Assembly (NCBI GenBank): GCA_965248385.1
Contig: CBDFIZ010000002.1
Coordinates: 949,904 to 1,013,903 of the forward strand
Reading direction: 5' to 3'
DNA length: 64,000 nt
DNA from: Dehalococcoidia bacterium
Lineage (GTDB): Bacteria > Chloroflexota > Dehalococcoidia > Lucifugimonadales > JAAXIE01
The notes under the pieces were generated by a model. That model had not been told where the DNA came from. It searched no databases and worked only from the letters and a program-made list of their open reading frames with translations. This document shows positions 36,060-46,339 of this stretch, in pieces. The translations under genes and the position numbers were made by a program. Numbering within the stretch: the first letter of the stretch is position 1; each line of letters starts with the position of its first letter.

Positions 36060-36943
36060 AGGACCACCGCTAGGGTGGTGAATAGCAACAGGGTCAGTGA
36101 CACGATGGCATTGAGCTTGAAAGCCTTGGAGATCCTAGTCAGGTCGTTGGATCGCACCATTGTGTGCTGGAAAGCGACTATAGCCACTGCCAAGCCCCAA
36201 CCGATGAAGTAGAAGTATGACAGCCCCATCCAGAGGCCCACAGCTAGGAGGCATGAGAGGGTGAGCACATGAGAGAAGCGTGCCCACAAGATCGCTCCGG
36301 GTATGCCGATCTTCCGGGCGATGGATTGGACCCCATATCCCTTGTCGAAGTCATAGTCCAGCGTACCGTAGAAGACGTCGAACCCTCCAACCCAGAATGT
36401 GACAGCAAAGGCCAATAGTATCGCTTCAGGGTCCAAGCTGCCAGTTACGCCAATCCACGCGCCCGCAGGGGCCAGTCCATCGGCAAAACCCAAGGCGTAG
36501 TGGGCTGCCCAAGAGTGATACTTGACGTAAGAATAGCCCACCACAATCACCGCCGCCACGGGAGCTAGGGCAAAAGCCAAGGTGTTCAACTGGGACGCCC
36601 CGTAGAAGAACACCCCCAGCGAGACCAGCATCACGATCCGCATGTCCCAAGGGGTGAGCGTGCCTTGAGGCAGGTGCCTGCCCCTAGTGCGAGGGTTGGC
36701 GATGTCTTCCTTGTGGTGAATCAGCCGGTTGGCCGACATAGCCAGGGTTCGTGCCCCCGTCATGGCCACGTTGATCCACAAAAACTGCTGCCACGTAGGC
36801 CAACCGTCCGCGGCTAACAGCATGCCGATGTAGCCGATGGGCAGCGCGAACATGCTCTCCTCGAACCGTACCGCTGCCAGCAGCAGATTCACCTTCGAGG
36901 GCAGGGCCAGCAACCCCGCTCGCTGCGGCCGGGCTGTGGTCAT
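36056..36943 (-). CDS. ubiA: UbiA family aromatic prenyltransferase
   Basis: Eight to nine TM helices; N..I...EDIANPRTRGRHLPQG Asp-rich-like motif; overlaps the ubiX start by 4 nt. Confidence 0.85.
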   Translation of the reverse strand: MTTARPQRAGLLALPSKVNLLLAAVRFEESMFALPIGYIGMLLAADGWPTWQQFLWINVAMTGARTLAMSANRLIHHKEDIANPRTRGRHLPQGTLTPWDMRIVMLVSLGVFFYGASQLNTLAFALAPVAAVIVVGYSYVKYHSWAAHYALGFADGLAPAGAWIGVTGSLDPEAILLAFAVTFWVGGFDVFYGTLDYDFDKGYGVQSIARKIGIPGAILWARFSHVLTLSCLLAVGLWMGLSYFYFIGWGLAVAIVAFQHTMVRSNDLTRISKAFKLNAIVSLTLLLFTTLAVVL

Positions 36944-37353
36944 AGCTCATCGTCCCTAGACGGTGTCCTATCGGCATCGATGGCATCGCACAGGTGTCGC
37001 AAGGCCGGCAGGTAGTCGGGCAGCCGGCCGTACACTTGCTCCGCCAACTCTTCGTTGTAAGTGTGGACACTAAGGTTACGGTCTTGGGACATCCGGGCCC
37101 ACAGTCTGTCATCAGCCAAAAGGCCATAGGAGAAAGCCTGGGTGAAACAGTCTCGTGGAGAGCGGCATACAAGGCTCTGCTTCCGCAGGTGGTCCTGAAT
37201 GACCTTCCACGATAGCTCAAAGCACAACTCGAACCTTTTGATGCTCGAGTCCCTCGCCATACCACTCTGGGGTTCCGCTAGCGATTCCTCAAAGCGCGCG
37301 ATGGCTTGCTGAAAGTCGACGAAGCGGCGGTCATCTTGCATATAGCAAGTCAC
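36940..37353 (-). CDS. HI0074-family nucleotidyltransferase substrate-binding protein (HEPN toxin-like)
   Basis: RDSSIKRFELCFELSWKVIQDHL...QDRNLSVHTYNEELA (R-X4-H HEPN motif RNLSVH). Confidence 0.85.
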   Translation of the reverse strand: MTCYMQDDRRFVDFQQAIARFEESLAEPQSGMARDSSIKRFELCFELSWKVIQDHLRKQSLVCRSPRDCFTQAFSYGLLADDRLWARMSQDRNLSVHTYNEELAEQVYGRLPDYLPALRHLCDAIDADRTPSRDDEL

Positions 37354-37660
37354 CGCATGCCAGGATGGCCTCGCGGAACCCGTCGTCTACTGTGTGCATG
37401 TCCACTAAGTCGATCTTACGTAGGGTCAGTAGGTCGCCTACCTCTAGCGCCATGCCGGTGTATACACCGAACTCCAGGAGTGAGCCAGTGTCGAAGGCTA
37501 TATCGAGGTCCGACACATTTAACGCCTTACCCTGAGCCCAAGAGCCAAAGAGGTAGACGCAGAGCGGCCCCTCCGGCACATGGCGTCGGATGACATCCAC
37601 CACCTCTTCCACTAGGGGCTGCACGTCGCTGCGGACACCGGGAACGATGTTCCGGTTCAC
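37331..37660 (-). CDS. MNT nucleotidyltransferase (antitoxin-like) partner of the HEPN protein
   Basis: VYLFGSWAQGKALNVSDLDIAFD. The GTG start overlaps the ubiD TGA stop (GTGA). The 3' end overlaps the HEPN gene. Confidence 0.8.
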   Translation of the reverse strand: MNRNIVPGVRSDVQPLVEEVVDVIRRHVPEGPLCVYLFGSWAQGKALNVSDLDIAFDTGSLLEFGVYTGMALEVGDLLTLRKIDLVDMHTVDDGFREAILACGDLLYAR

Positions 37661-39111
37661 AGCCCGTATTCCTGCCACTTGCGGTCCACCAGTTCCTTGA
37701 TGGCTTGGTCCATCTCGATGTCTGGGGGCCATTCGCGTTGGCGGCCCTCGCCTGCGATTTTGTTGGTGGCGTCGATGCCGATCTTGCCGCCGAACTTGGG
37801 CATGAGGGAGGCGTGGTCGAGGTCGTCAATGGGACCGCTGCTGAGGACGAAGTCTTGGGAGGGGTCGATGTTATTTGTGACTCGCCAAGCCACTTCGGAT
37901 ACGTTGTGGACATTCACATTGTGGTCGACCACGATGATGCACTTCACTAAGGACATGAGACCCATGCCCCACAGGCCGTGCATCACCTTGCGGGCCTGTC
38001 CGGGATATTCCTTCTTGATGGAGACGATGACTAGGTTGTGGAAGCCGCCCTCTGCGGGCATGTTCATGTCAACCACTTCGGGCAGCAGAGTGCGTACCAC
38101 CGGCATAAACACCCGCTCGGTCACCTTGCCCATCCAATAGTCCTCCATAGGTGGGCGGCCTACTATCGTCGCAGGGTAGATGGGGTCGCGGCGACGGGTG
38201 ATGCAGGTTGCGTGGAATACGGGGTAGGTGTCGGGCATGGAGTAGTAGCCGGTATGGTCGCCGAAGGGTCCTTCCATCCGCTCGTCTCCGGGAGTCACGT
38301 AGCCTTCGATGACGATCTCAGCTTGGGCGGGTACCTCCAAGTCGACGGTCTTGGCTTTTACCAGCTCTACGCCTTCCTCGCGTATGAAGCCGGCCACCGC
38401 CATCTCATCCATGTCGGGGGGCACGGGGGCGCAGCCGGTCCAGATGGTGGCCGGGTCCCCGCCTAGGACCACCGCCACCTCGACCCGGTCCTGCCCCTTC
38501 TCACCGCCTACTCGGTAATGGTGGGCCCCTACCTTGTGAGTTTGCCAGTGCATGGCAGCGGTGCGCTTGTCGTACACCTGGATGCGATACATGCCAGCGT
38601 TCCGCACCCCGGTGTTAGGGTCGCGGGTGATGACCAAGGGCAGGGTGATGTAGCGGCCTCCATCCATAGGCCAGCACTTGAGGATGGGGAGGCTGAACAG
38701 GTCGACGTCATCTTCGGTCTGTACCACTTCCTGGCATGGGGCGTGGCTCACCACTTTGGGCTGGTACGAGGCAAGGCGGGCCAACTGGCCCAAGGCCCGC
38801 ATCTTGTCCACGATGCCCTTGGGAGGCTGCTGGGCCATGGACATAAGCTGCTCCAAGCGGCCCACCAAGTCATCAAGATGTTCGACTCCCAAAGCCCATG
38901 CCATGCGCTGCTCAGTGCCATACATATTGATGAGGAGGGGTATGTCGTACCCCTCGACGTTCTCAAAAAGCAGGGCAGGGCCGTTCGACTTCACCATCCG
39001 GTCGGCGATCTCGGTGATCTCCAGCTCCCAGCTTACCGGAGCGGTGATGCGCTTCAGGTCGCCCCTACTTTCAAGGAAGGCGATGAAATCGCGGAGGTCC
39101 CTATACTTCAT
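37657..39111 (-). CDS. ubiD: UbiD family decarboxylase
   Basis: MKYRDLRDFIAFLESRGDLKRI N-terminus; 484 aa. Confidence 0.93.
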   Translation of the reverse strand: MKYRDLRDFIAFLESRGDLKRITAPVSWELEITEIADRMVKSNGPALLFENVEGYDIPLLINMYGTEQRMAWALGVEHLDDLVGRLEQLMSMAQQPPKGIVDKMRALGQLARLASYQPKVVSHAPCQEVVQTEDDVDLFSLPILKCWPMDGGRYITLPLVITRDPNTGVRNAGMYRIQVYDKRTAAMHWQTHKVGAHHYRVGGEKGQDRVEVAVVLGGDPATIWTGCAPVPPDMDEMAVAGFIREEGVELVKAKTVDLEVPAQAEIVIEGYVTPGDERMEGPFGDHTGYYSMPDTYPVFHATCITRRRDPIYPATIVGRPPMEDYWMGKVTERVFMPVVRTLLPEVVDMNMPAEGGFHNLVIVSIKKEYPGQARKVMHGLWGMGLMSLVKCIIVVDHNVNVHNVSEVAWRVTNNIDPSQDFVLSSGPIDDLDHASLMPKFGGKIGIDATNKIAGEGRQREWPPDIEMDQAIKELVDRKWQEYGL

Positions 39112-39160
39112 GGTGATTCACGCCTTAGCCGGCAAGTTTCATGCTTTGATCTCTTGGGGC

Positions 39161-39499
39161 CTAGAGGTCCATGTAGACCACTACCGCGGCGTTAGCCATC
39201 ACCGTAGCGTCGGTCCCGTCTTCGCTGGGGATCTCCAGCCCACCGTGGACCACCGTCACGGTGCCTGTGCCATGGGGGAGTACGCTGGCCACTTGGTCCT
39301 TGTCCACGGCATCAGGCTGGGGCACACCGATGGTGACCTCCACCTTCATGTCTTCCACGCTCTGGCCCACGGCCCGGGCAAACCCCAAGCTGTTGTGCCA
39401 CAAGGCGTCGCGCACAGCGCGTTGGGCGGCCTTGGTGTAGTCGCGGCCGTGCAGGTCGGTGCCCAAACCCATCTCGACTACGCATCGTCTCAGTGCCAT
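39161..39499 (-). CDS. Lin0512 family protein (conserved hypothetical)
   Basis: VEMGLGTDLHGRDYTKAAQRAVRDALWHNSL resembles the Lin0512_fam signature as I remember it. Confidence 0.6.
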   Translation of the reverse strand: MALRRCVVEMGLGTDLHGRDYTKAAQRAVRDALWHNSLGFARAVGQSVEDMKVEVTIGVPQPDAVDKDQVASVLPHGTGTVTVVHGGLEIPSEDGTDATVMANAAVVVYMDL

Positions 39500-39631
39500 T
39501 GAAGCGTCTCCTAGTTCGAAAGTGTCTCCATTACACTACGGCTATGGGCGCCAAGACAAGGCGTGAGTTTTGACAAGGATGGGCCCCACTGCTATTCTAG
39601 CTGCCGATTCGCCAGCTTCGTCGCTAGGTTT

Positions 39632-40150
39632 ATGGAGAGTGGTATGGGTTGGGCTGAAACCATGGTGCAGGCCCTCAAAGAATCGGATACATCTTTGATT
39701 GCCTATGTGCCCGACATCAGCATCCATCAGGTGACGTCTCTCATTGAGGAAGACCCCTTCTTCCATCTGGTGTCAGCCACTAGGGAAGAAGAGGCCATCG
39801 GGATAGCAGTGGGCGCCCATGCCGTGGGGCGGAACGCCGCGGTATTCATGCAGTCCAGCGGGTTCGGCAATTGCATCAACGCAGTGGCTAGCCTGTGCAT
39901 ACCAGCCCGAACGCCCATCCCCTTCTTCATCAACCTGCGTGGTGAGATAGGGGAGTTCAACATCGCCCAGACGGCCATGGGGCGTGCCACCCGGCCCATA
40001 CTCGATACCTTTGGCATTACTCACTATACCCTCACCGACGAACACCGGCTGGACCTAGTGTTGAAGGGGGCTCTGAAGCTGTGCCACGCAGCGCGGCAGC
40101 CGGTTGCCCTCTGCTTGACTCCTCTGCTGCACGGAGGGAAACTTGCATAG
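39632..40150 (+). CDS. TPP-dependent decarboxylase alpha subunit (sulfopyruvate/phosphonopyruvate decarboxylase-like)
   Basis: TPP_enzyme_N-like ...VPDISIHQV...SATREEEAIGIAVGA. Split-subunit architecture with the next gene. Start uncertain (39563/39632/39644). Confidence 0.7.
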   Translation: MESGMGWAETMVQALKESDTSLIAYVPDISIHQVTSLIEEDPFFHLVSATREEEAIGIAVGAHAVGRNAAVFMQSSGFGNCINAVASLCIPARTPIPFFINLRGEIGEFNIAQTAMGRATRPILDTFGITHYTLTDEHRLDLVLKGALKLCHAARQPVALCLTPLLHGGKLA

Positions 40151-40697
40151 GTTCGAGGCAATGCAGTTGCTGATGCAGCATGTGGGCGACCTACCCGTGG
40201 TCGCCAATCTGGGGCCCACCACTGATGAGCTTTGGAACATCGGTGACCGGCCCCGCAACTTCTACACCTTCGGCTCCATGGGCCTCTGCTCCTCTATAGC
40301 CTTGGGAATGGCCCTCTCCACTACCGACAAGATCCTCTCCTTTGACGGAGACGGCTCGCTGCTGATGAACTTGGGGGCCATCGCCACCATCGGGCGTGAG
40401 ATGCCCTCCAACCTAGTCGTAGTAGTGTGGGACAACGAAGAGTGGGGGCAGACTGGACACCAGTCCAGCCACACCGCCAAGGGCACCGACCTTGAGCAGG
40501 TGGCCCGCAGTTGCAGCATCAGCAAGACAGCCACTGTGGACAACGAGGAAGACTTGGTGACGGTGTTCAGGCAGGCCATCTCGGAAGAGGGCCCGTGGTT
40601 CATCGTGGCTAAGGTGGAAGAAACTGACGACGAGGTCACCTTCGCCCCCAATGAGCCGGAAATGTTTCTGCATCGCTTCCGACAAACCTACCTCTAG
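40143..40697 (+). CDS. TPP-dependent decarboxylase beta subunit (ComE-like)
   Basis: GDGSLLMNLGAIATIG...NEEWG thiamine-PP binding motif; overlaps the alpha subunit by 8 nt. Confidence 0.75.
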   Translation: MHRFEAMQLLMQHVGDLPVVANLGPTTDELWNIGDRPRNFYTFGSMGLCSSIALGMALSTTDKILSFDGDGSLLMNLGAIATIGREMPSNLVVVVWDNEEWGQTGHQSSHTAKGTDLEQVARSCSISKTATVDNEEDLVTVFRQAISEEGPWFIVAKVEETDDEVTFAPNEPEMFLHRFRQTYL

Positions 40698-40731
40698 CCG
40701 GTTGCTCCATCCAATCGTTCCCGCCCTTCCA

Positions 40732-41230
40732 TGACACCGGCCCGTTGACAGCTACGCCCTATCCGCTCTAGTGTTGATGCAGGCAGGGGATCGACCTTCA
40801 AGGTCGCCCCCCTGCCCTTTCCATTCGGCCCCATTTCGAAAGGAACGCAGTGCGCGACGGGAACGCGAACAAGCTGGCAAAGCTGACTCACATACGACAG
40901 CGCGAGAAATGCGAGACGCTGCAGATACAAAAAAGTTCGTTCCAGCTACGACCGGTCTCGTCTCTCAGCTACAAACCGCAATGTTCTCGCCAAGCCACGC
41001 CGCCACGGGAGCCTCATGGACGCACCGTGCCAAAGCTGTCTCAGTTGAAGAGACCGCAGGAATTGCAGTGCATTCAGCTTCAAACAATTGCGCTGCAGAC
41101 ACGAATGGACTGCAATTCTCCAACGATCTTGAGCCGCTACCCGTAAGTCTGGGCGGGAGCCGCGGGAGCCCTCGGCGTATACACGGCCTTATTGACTGGA
41201 AGTAGCCAAAAGTTGTACCTTGATAGCTGG
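40732..41230 (+). ncRNA. structured noncoding locus C of the YYY-AGCTACG family
   Basis: Promoter box TGACA-N8-TTGACA-N18-TAGTGT; 5' hairpin 40782-40816; nested stems GCGAGAA/TTCTCGC and CGAGAC/GTCTCG around CAGATAC-N15-AGCTACGACC; long-range stem 41059-41068/41110-41118. Confidence 0.5.
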
Positions 41231-41272
41231 CCCCGAACGCTCGGGGCCACCGTGATTGAGGGGGCATCAAGC

Positions 41273-41345
41273 GCCCCAGTGGCGCAATGGCAGCGCAGCC
41301 GATTTGTAATCGGCAGGTTGGTGGGTTCGAATCCCCCCTGGGGCT
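41273..41345 (+). tRNA. tRNA-Thr (anticodon TGT)
   Basis: Hand fold: acceptor GCCCCAG/CTGGGGC, D stem GCGC/GCGC, anticodon stem GCCGA/TCGGC, loop TTTGTAA, T loop TTCGAAT. One mismatch in the T stem and a 6-nt variable loop. Confidence 0.75.
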
Positions 41346-41428
41346 CTCCCCAGTGCAGGAAAGCATCTGCTCCCCCGCCCTAGCCATATTGCGCCTGAAG
41401 CGCAGTATGGCTAAACTGGTGCCTATAG

Positions 41429-41517
41429 GGGAGGGGTGGGTGAGTGGTTAAAGCCACCAGACTGTAAATCTGGCGCCCTTGCGGGCTTCGTAGGTTCGAA
41501 TCCTACCCCCTCCACCA
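41429..41517 (+). tRNA. tRNA-Tyr (anticodon GTA), class II long variable arm, CCA encoded
   Basis: Acceptor GGAGGGG/CCCCTCC, anticodon stem CCAGA/TCTGG, loop CTGTAAA, T arm GTAGG-TTCGAAT-CCTAC, terminal ACCA. Confidence 0.9.
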
Positions 41518-41546
41518 AAAACAATTATTTCAGGTTCCAAGGTAGT

Positions 41547-41621
41547 GCCCACATAGCTCAGAGGTAGAGCACGTTCTTGGTAAGAACGGGGTCGGCGGTT
41601 CGACTCCGCCTGTGGGCTCCA
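41547..41621 (+). tRNA. tRNA-Thr (anticodon GGT), CCA encoded
   Basis: Acceptor GCCCACA/TGTGGGC, D arm GCTC-AGAGGTA-GAGC, anticodon stem CGTTC/GAACG, loop TTGGTAA, T arm GGCGG-TTCGACT-CCGCC. Confidence 0.92.
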
Positions 41622-41647
41622 GAGAGATTTTCAGGAGGATTTCGTAG

Positions 41648-42850
<1,203 letters not shown>

Positions 42851-42852
42851 CC

Positions 42853-43023
42853 ATGGCAAGAAAGAGTACAGAAGCCAGGATCATCGTTACTCTCGCCTGC
42901 ACCACCTGTAGGGAGCGCAACTACACCAGCGAGAAGAACAGGCGCAACGACCCCCAGAGGGTTGAGTTGAGGAAGTACTGTTCGCGCTGTCGCAATCACA
43001 CCTCTCACAGGGAAATGCGGTAA
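42853..43023 (+). CDS. rpmG: 50S ribosomal protein L33 (absent from the ORF track)
   Basis: My translation: [56 protein letters not shown]. Canonical tuf-rpmG-secE order. Confidence 0.9.
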   Translation: MARKSTEARIIVTLACTTCRERNYTSEKNRRNDPQRVELRKYCSRCRNHTSHREMR

Positions 43024-43027
43024 CACT

Positions 43028-43261
43028 TTGGCCCGGGTGACGTCACAAGGGTTGATCCGCCGCGGTGGAATTGGTCGCGGAGGTGCACTCCGCTTCTTCG
43101 GCGAGGCCTTCGGCGAACTACGCAAGTGCGTATGGCCGACTCGCGAAGAGGTGGTGCGCCTCACCGGCATCGTCATCGTCATTGCAGGCATCATTGGGTT
43201 TGCGTTGGGCGTTCTGGACTTCACATTCACGCAGACGCTCACTCGGTTCCTATTCTCCTGA
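43028..43261 (+). CDS. secE: preprotein translocase subunit SecE
   Basis: TTG start; ...ELRKCVWPTREEVV... followed by a single TM helix. Confidence 0.88.
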   Translation: MARVTSQGLIRRGGIGRGGALRFFGEAFGELRKCVWPTREEVVRLTGIVIVIAGIIGFALGVLDFTFTQTLTRFLFS

Positions 43262-43301
43262 CGGGCCAGGTCCGGTTACGATACAGGTCGGAAAGGGCAT
43301 T

Positions 43302-43880
43302 ATGGCCACTAGATCCGATACAACAGATTTGGGCGAGGGCGCCGTACGGTGGTACGTCCTGCATGCCTACTCAGGCCAGGAAGACCGCGTAAAGAAGAAC
43401 CTGGATCAGCGTATCCAGAGCATGGATATGCAGCACAAAATATTCCAGGTGATTGTCCCGTCCGAGGAAGAGGTTGTACTCAAGGACGGCAAGCGTCGGC
43501 CCGAGAGCCGTAAGGTGTTCCCCGGCTACGTGTTGGTCCAGATGAGTATGGAAGACGAGAGTTGGCGCGTAGTGCGTGAGACGCCAGGGGTTACTGGGTT
43601 CGTGTCTGCCCAAGAACCGGGCGACCCGCGCCCGAGGCCACTGCCTCTCCCTGATGCCGAGGTGGAGGGTATCCTTAGCCAGATAGCGACGGGAGCACCC
43701 AAGGTGAATGTGGGTCTGGAGCGTGGGGAGTCGGTGCGAATTGTCGCCGGTCCCTTCTCCGACTTCATGGGCACCATCAACAATGTGGACCCCAACAAGG
43801 GTAAGGTACGGGTGCTGGTCTCCTTCTTCGGCAGGGAGACTCCCGTGGAACTGGACTTTCTTCAGGTGGAAAAGGTGTAA
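43302..43880 (+). CDS. nusG: transcription termination/antitermination protein NusG
   Basis: WYVLHAYSGQEDRVKKNL NGN domain; KOW motif GESVRIVAGPF. Start trimmed to the ATG at 43302. Confidence 0.95.
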   Translation: MATRSDTTDLGEGAVRWYVLHAYSGQEDRVKKNLDQRIQSMDMQHKIFQVIVPSEEEVVLKDGKRRPESRKVFPGYVLVQMSMEDESWRVVRETPGVTGFVSAQEPGDPRPRPLPLPDAEVEGILSQIATGAPKVNVGLERGESVRIVAGPFSDFMGTINNVDPNKGKVRVLVSFFGRETPVELDFLQVEKV

Positions 43881-44309
43881 ATGGCCAAGAAAGTACGGGC
43901 TATCGTCAAGCTGCAACTACAAGCGGGCAAGGCCACTCCGGCCCCGCCGGTGGGCCCCGCCTTGGGCCAGCATGGCGTCAACATAATGGCCTTCGTCAAG
44001 GAATACAACGAGAAAACAGCGAGCCAGTCTGGCACAGTGGTGCCCGTGCACATAACCGTCTTCGAAGACCGCTCGTTCACATTCGCGACCCGCACGCCTC
44101 CCGCTGCCGAGCTGCTGCGTCAAGCAGCTGGCGTGGAGAAGGGTGGCGACCGTCCCGGCTTTGCCCCGGCGGGCGCCGTCCCTCGCTCTGCCTTGCGAAC
44201 TATTGCAGAGTTGAAGCTGCGGGACTTGAATGCATCCTCGGTCGACGGGGCCATGAAAATCATCGAAGGCACTGCCCGTAGCATGGGCATTGAGATAGCA
44301 GAGGAATAG
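43881..44309 (+). CDS. rplK: 50S ribosomal protein L11
   Basis: [27 protein letters not shown]. Confidence 0.97.
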   Translation: MAKKVRAIVKLQLQAGKATPAPPVGPALGQHGVNIMAFVKEYNEKTASQSGTVVPVHITVFEDRSFTFATRTPPAAELLRQAAGVEKGGDRPGFAPAGAVPRSALRTIAELKLRDLNASSVDGAMKIIEGTARSMGIEIAEE

Positions 44310-44312
44310 ACC

Positions 44313-45026
44313 ATGCCCAAACACAGCAAGCGCTACAATCAGTTGGCCGAACGCGTCGACCCGGACCGGGAATACACGCCGCAGGAGGCCCTCGACCTCC
44401 TTACCGAGGGCAACACCAAGTTCGATCAGACAGTGGAGTTGCACCTCAAGACGGGGGCCGACGTGCGCCATGCCGACCAGCAGGTGCGGTCGGTCACGGT
44501 TCTGCCTCACGGGTTGGGCAAACCCCAGCGTGTCCTCGTCTTCGCCGGGGGCGACGCTGCCGAGGCAGCGCGCCAAGCTGGCGCCGATTACGTTGGTGAT
44601 GACGACCTGATCAAGAAAGTCGAAGACGGTTGGGTGGAGTTTGACGTCGGGCTTGCCGTGCCCGACATCATGAGTAAGATCGGGCGCTTGGGCCGGGTCT
44701 TGGGCCGACGCGGTCTGATGCCCAACCCACGCACCGGCACCATGGTGCAGCCGAGAGACTTGGGCCGGGTCATCGAAGAGGCGAAGAAGGGACGGCTTGA
44801 ATTCCGCACCGACCGCACGGCCATCATCCACTGCCCCTTGGGGAAGGTGAGCTTCTCCCGCGAGCAACTTTTGGAGAACCTGTCATCTCTGGTGGACTCG
44901 GTGCAGAGGGCGCGGCCCGACGGTATCAAGGGGTCTTTTCTGCGCAGCGCCTACCTCACCACCACCATGGGCCCCGGAGTAAGACTTGACTTGGGAGAGC
45001 TTCTCGCGCTAAAAGAAGGTCTGTAA
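44313..45026 (+). CDS. rplA: 50S ribosomal protein L1
   Basis: KFDQTVELHLKTG..., MPNPRTGT. Confidence 0.97.
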   Translation: MPKHSKRYNQLAERVDPDREYTPQEALDLLTEGNTKFDQTVELHLKTGADVRHADQQVRSVTVLPHGLGKPQRVLVFAGGDAAEAARQAGADYVGDDDLIKKVEDGWVEFDVGLAVPDIMSKIGRLGRVLGRRGLMPNPRTGTMVQPRDLGRVIEEAKKGRLEFRTDRTAIIHCPLGKVSFSREQLLENLSSLVDSVQRARPDGIKGSFLRSAYLTTTMGPGVRLDLGELLALKEGL

Positions 45027-45029
45027 AAG

Positions 45030-45200
45030 AAAGGTACGCTGAAGACAGCGGGTCCCCCGCCCAAGCCGGCTCCCCATCAACGGGAGCGAAGCCAGAAAGA
45101 GCGGGGGTTAAGCCGACGGGCCCGCCGAGGCACTGAGGACTCCCTTCGGGCATATTGCGCCGGACGTGATCCCTGGGCCGCGGCTCAGGGATTTTTTTGA
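45030..45200 (+). promoter_or_regulatory. rplJ (L10) leader region with terminator-like hairpin
   Basis: 220-nt structured gap before rplJ. Hairpin ATCCCTG...CAGGGAT (45169-45192) is followed by TTTTTTT. The position matches the known L10-leader autoregulatory site. Confidence 0.5.
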
Positions 45201-45247
45201 TAGCTCGAACGTACTGGCCTTAGGGATTCGCTGAAAGGAGAAATCAC

Positions 45248-45808
45248 TTGCCCACAGAGAAACGCATAACGCAAACGCGAGAGATTCAGGAGAAACTGGG
45301 TCGCTGTACCATCGCCGTGGCGACCGATCCCACGGGTCTCAGCGTCAACGTGCTTAATGACCTGCGTCGCAGGCTACGAGAGCGTGGGGTGGAGTACCGC
45401 ATGGTCAAGAACAGCCTGACTTATCTCGCTGCCGATGGCGCTCAAATGTCCCACCTCAAGGACTCGGTGCAGGGGCCTACGGCCTTGGCCTTCGGCTACG
45501 ACGACCCGGTGCAAACCGCGGCCGCCCTCGACGAGTACGTCCGCACCACCCGAGTCCAACTGCCCATACGGGGAGGCATATTGGGTCGGCGCGCCCTGAG
45601 CTCGGCCGATGTCTCCACGTTGGCGACCCTGCCCTCCCGCGAGGTGCTGGCGGGCCAAGTGCTGGGTCAACTCCAAGCTCCCGTAGCCAACCTGATGTCC
45701 CAACTGGAGGCCCCCATTCAAGGCCTCCTAGGTGTCCTCAACGGTCCCATTGCCAACCTGGCAAGCCTGCTTCAGCAACGTGGCCAACAGTTGGAATCAA
45801 ACTGGTAA
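45248..45808 (+). CDS. rplJ: 50S ribosomal protein L10
   Basis: TTG start with an AAAGGAG RBS; L10 family sequence; followed by rplL. Confidence 0.93.
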   Translation: MPTEKRITQTREIQEKLGRCTIAVATDPTGLSVNVLNDLRRRLRERGVEYRMVKNSLTYLAADGAQMSHLKDSVQGPTALAFGYDDPVQTAAALDEYVRTTRVQLPIRGGILGRRALSSADVSTLATLPSREVLAGQVLGQLQAPVANLMSQLEAPIQGLLGVLNGPIANLASLLQQRGQQLESNW

Positions 45809-45878
45809 GGGCAGGCTGGCCCGGTCTTCGATAGTGAACACAACCACAAGACAGTAGTCGTTAGTAGAAGGAGGAGTC

Positions 45879-46277
45879 ATGACCATGACCAAGGATGAGG
45901 TATTGGAATCCATCAAGCAGATGTCAGTGCTGGACTTGTCCGACTTGGTGAAGTCTCTTGAGGACACGTTCGGCATCAAGGCTATTGCCCCCATGGCCAT
46001 GGCAGCGGCAGCAGCGCCCGCCAGTGGCGGAGGAGCTGCGGCAGCCGCTGTGGAAGAGGAAGAGCAGACCGAGTTTACGGTGATGCTGACGGACATCGGC
46101 TCCAACAAGATCAACGTCATCAAGGCGGTGCGTGAAGTCACCACGCTGGGTCTGCGCGAGGCCAAGGAGTTGGTGGAGAGCGCTCCTGCCCAAGTGAAGG
46201 AAGCTGTTCCCAAGGGCGAGGCCGACTCGGTCAAGGCGAAGCTGGAAGAGGCTGGGGCAACCGTAGCCATCCAATAG
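45879..46277 (+). CDS. rplL: 50S ribosomal protein L7/L12
   Basis: Ala-rich hinge; C-terminal [24 protein letters not shown]. Confidence 0.97.
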   Translation: MTMTKDEVLESIKQMSVLDLSDLVKSLEDTFGIKAIAPMAMAAAAAPASGGGAAAAAVEEEEQTEFTVMLTDIGSNKINVIKAVREVTTLGLREAKELVESAPAQVKEAVPKGEADSVKAKLEEAGATVAIQ

Positions 46278-46339
46278 CCTCGCCTTCCGGTGACCTCCCC
46301 GTTCAGTAGCCTCGCCCCCCAGTGGCCTGAATGAGGTGA

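Noticed and set aside
41180-41272. Possible extra promoter (TTGACT-N18-TACCTT) and hairpin GGCCCC...GGGGCC upstream of the first tRNA
   Set aside because: This is plausible but weakly defined, and it cannot be separated from the 3' end of locus C without transcript data
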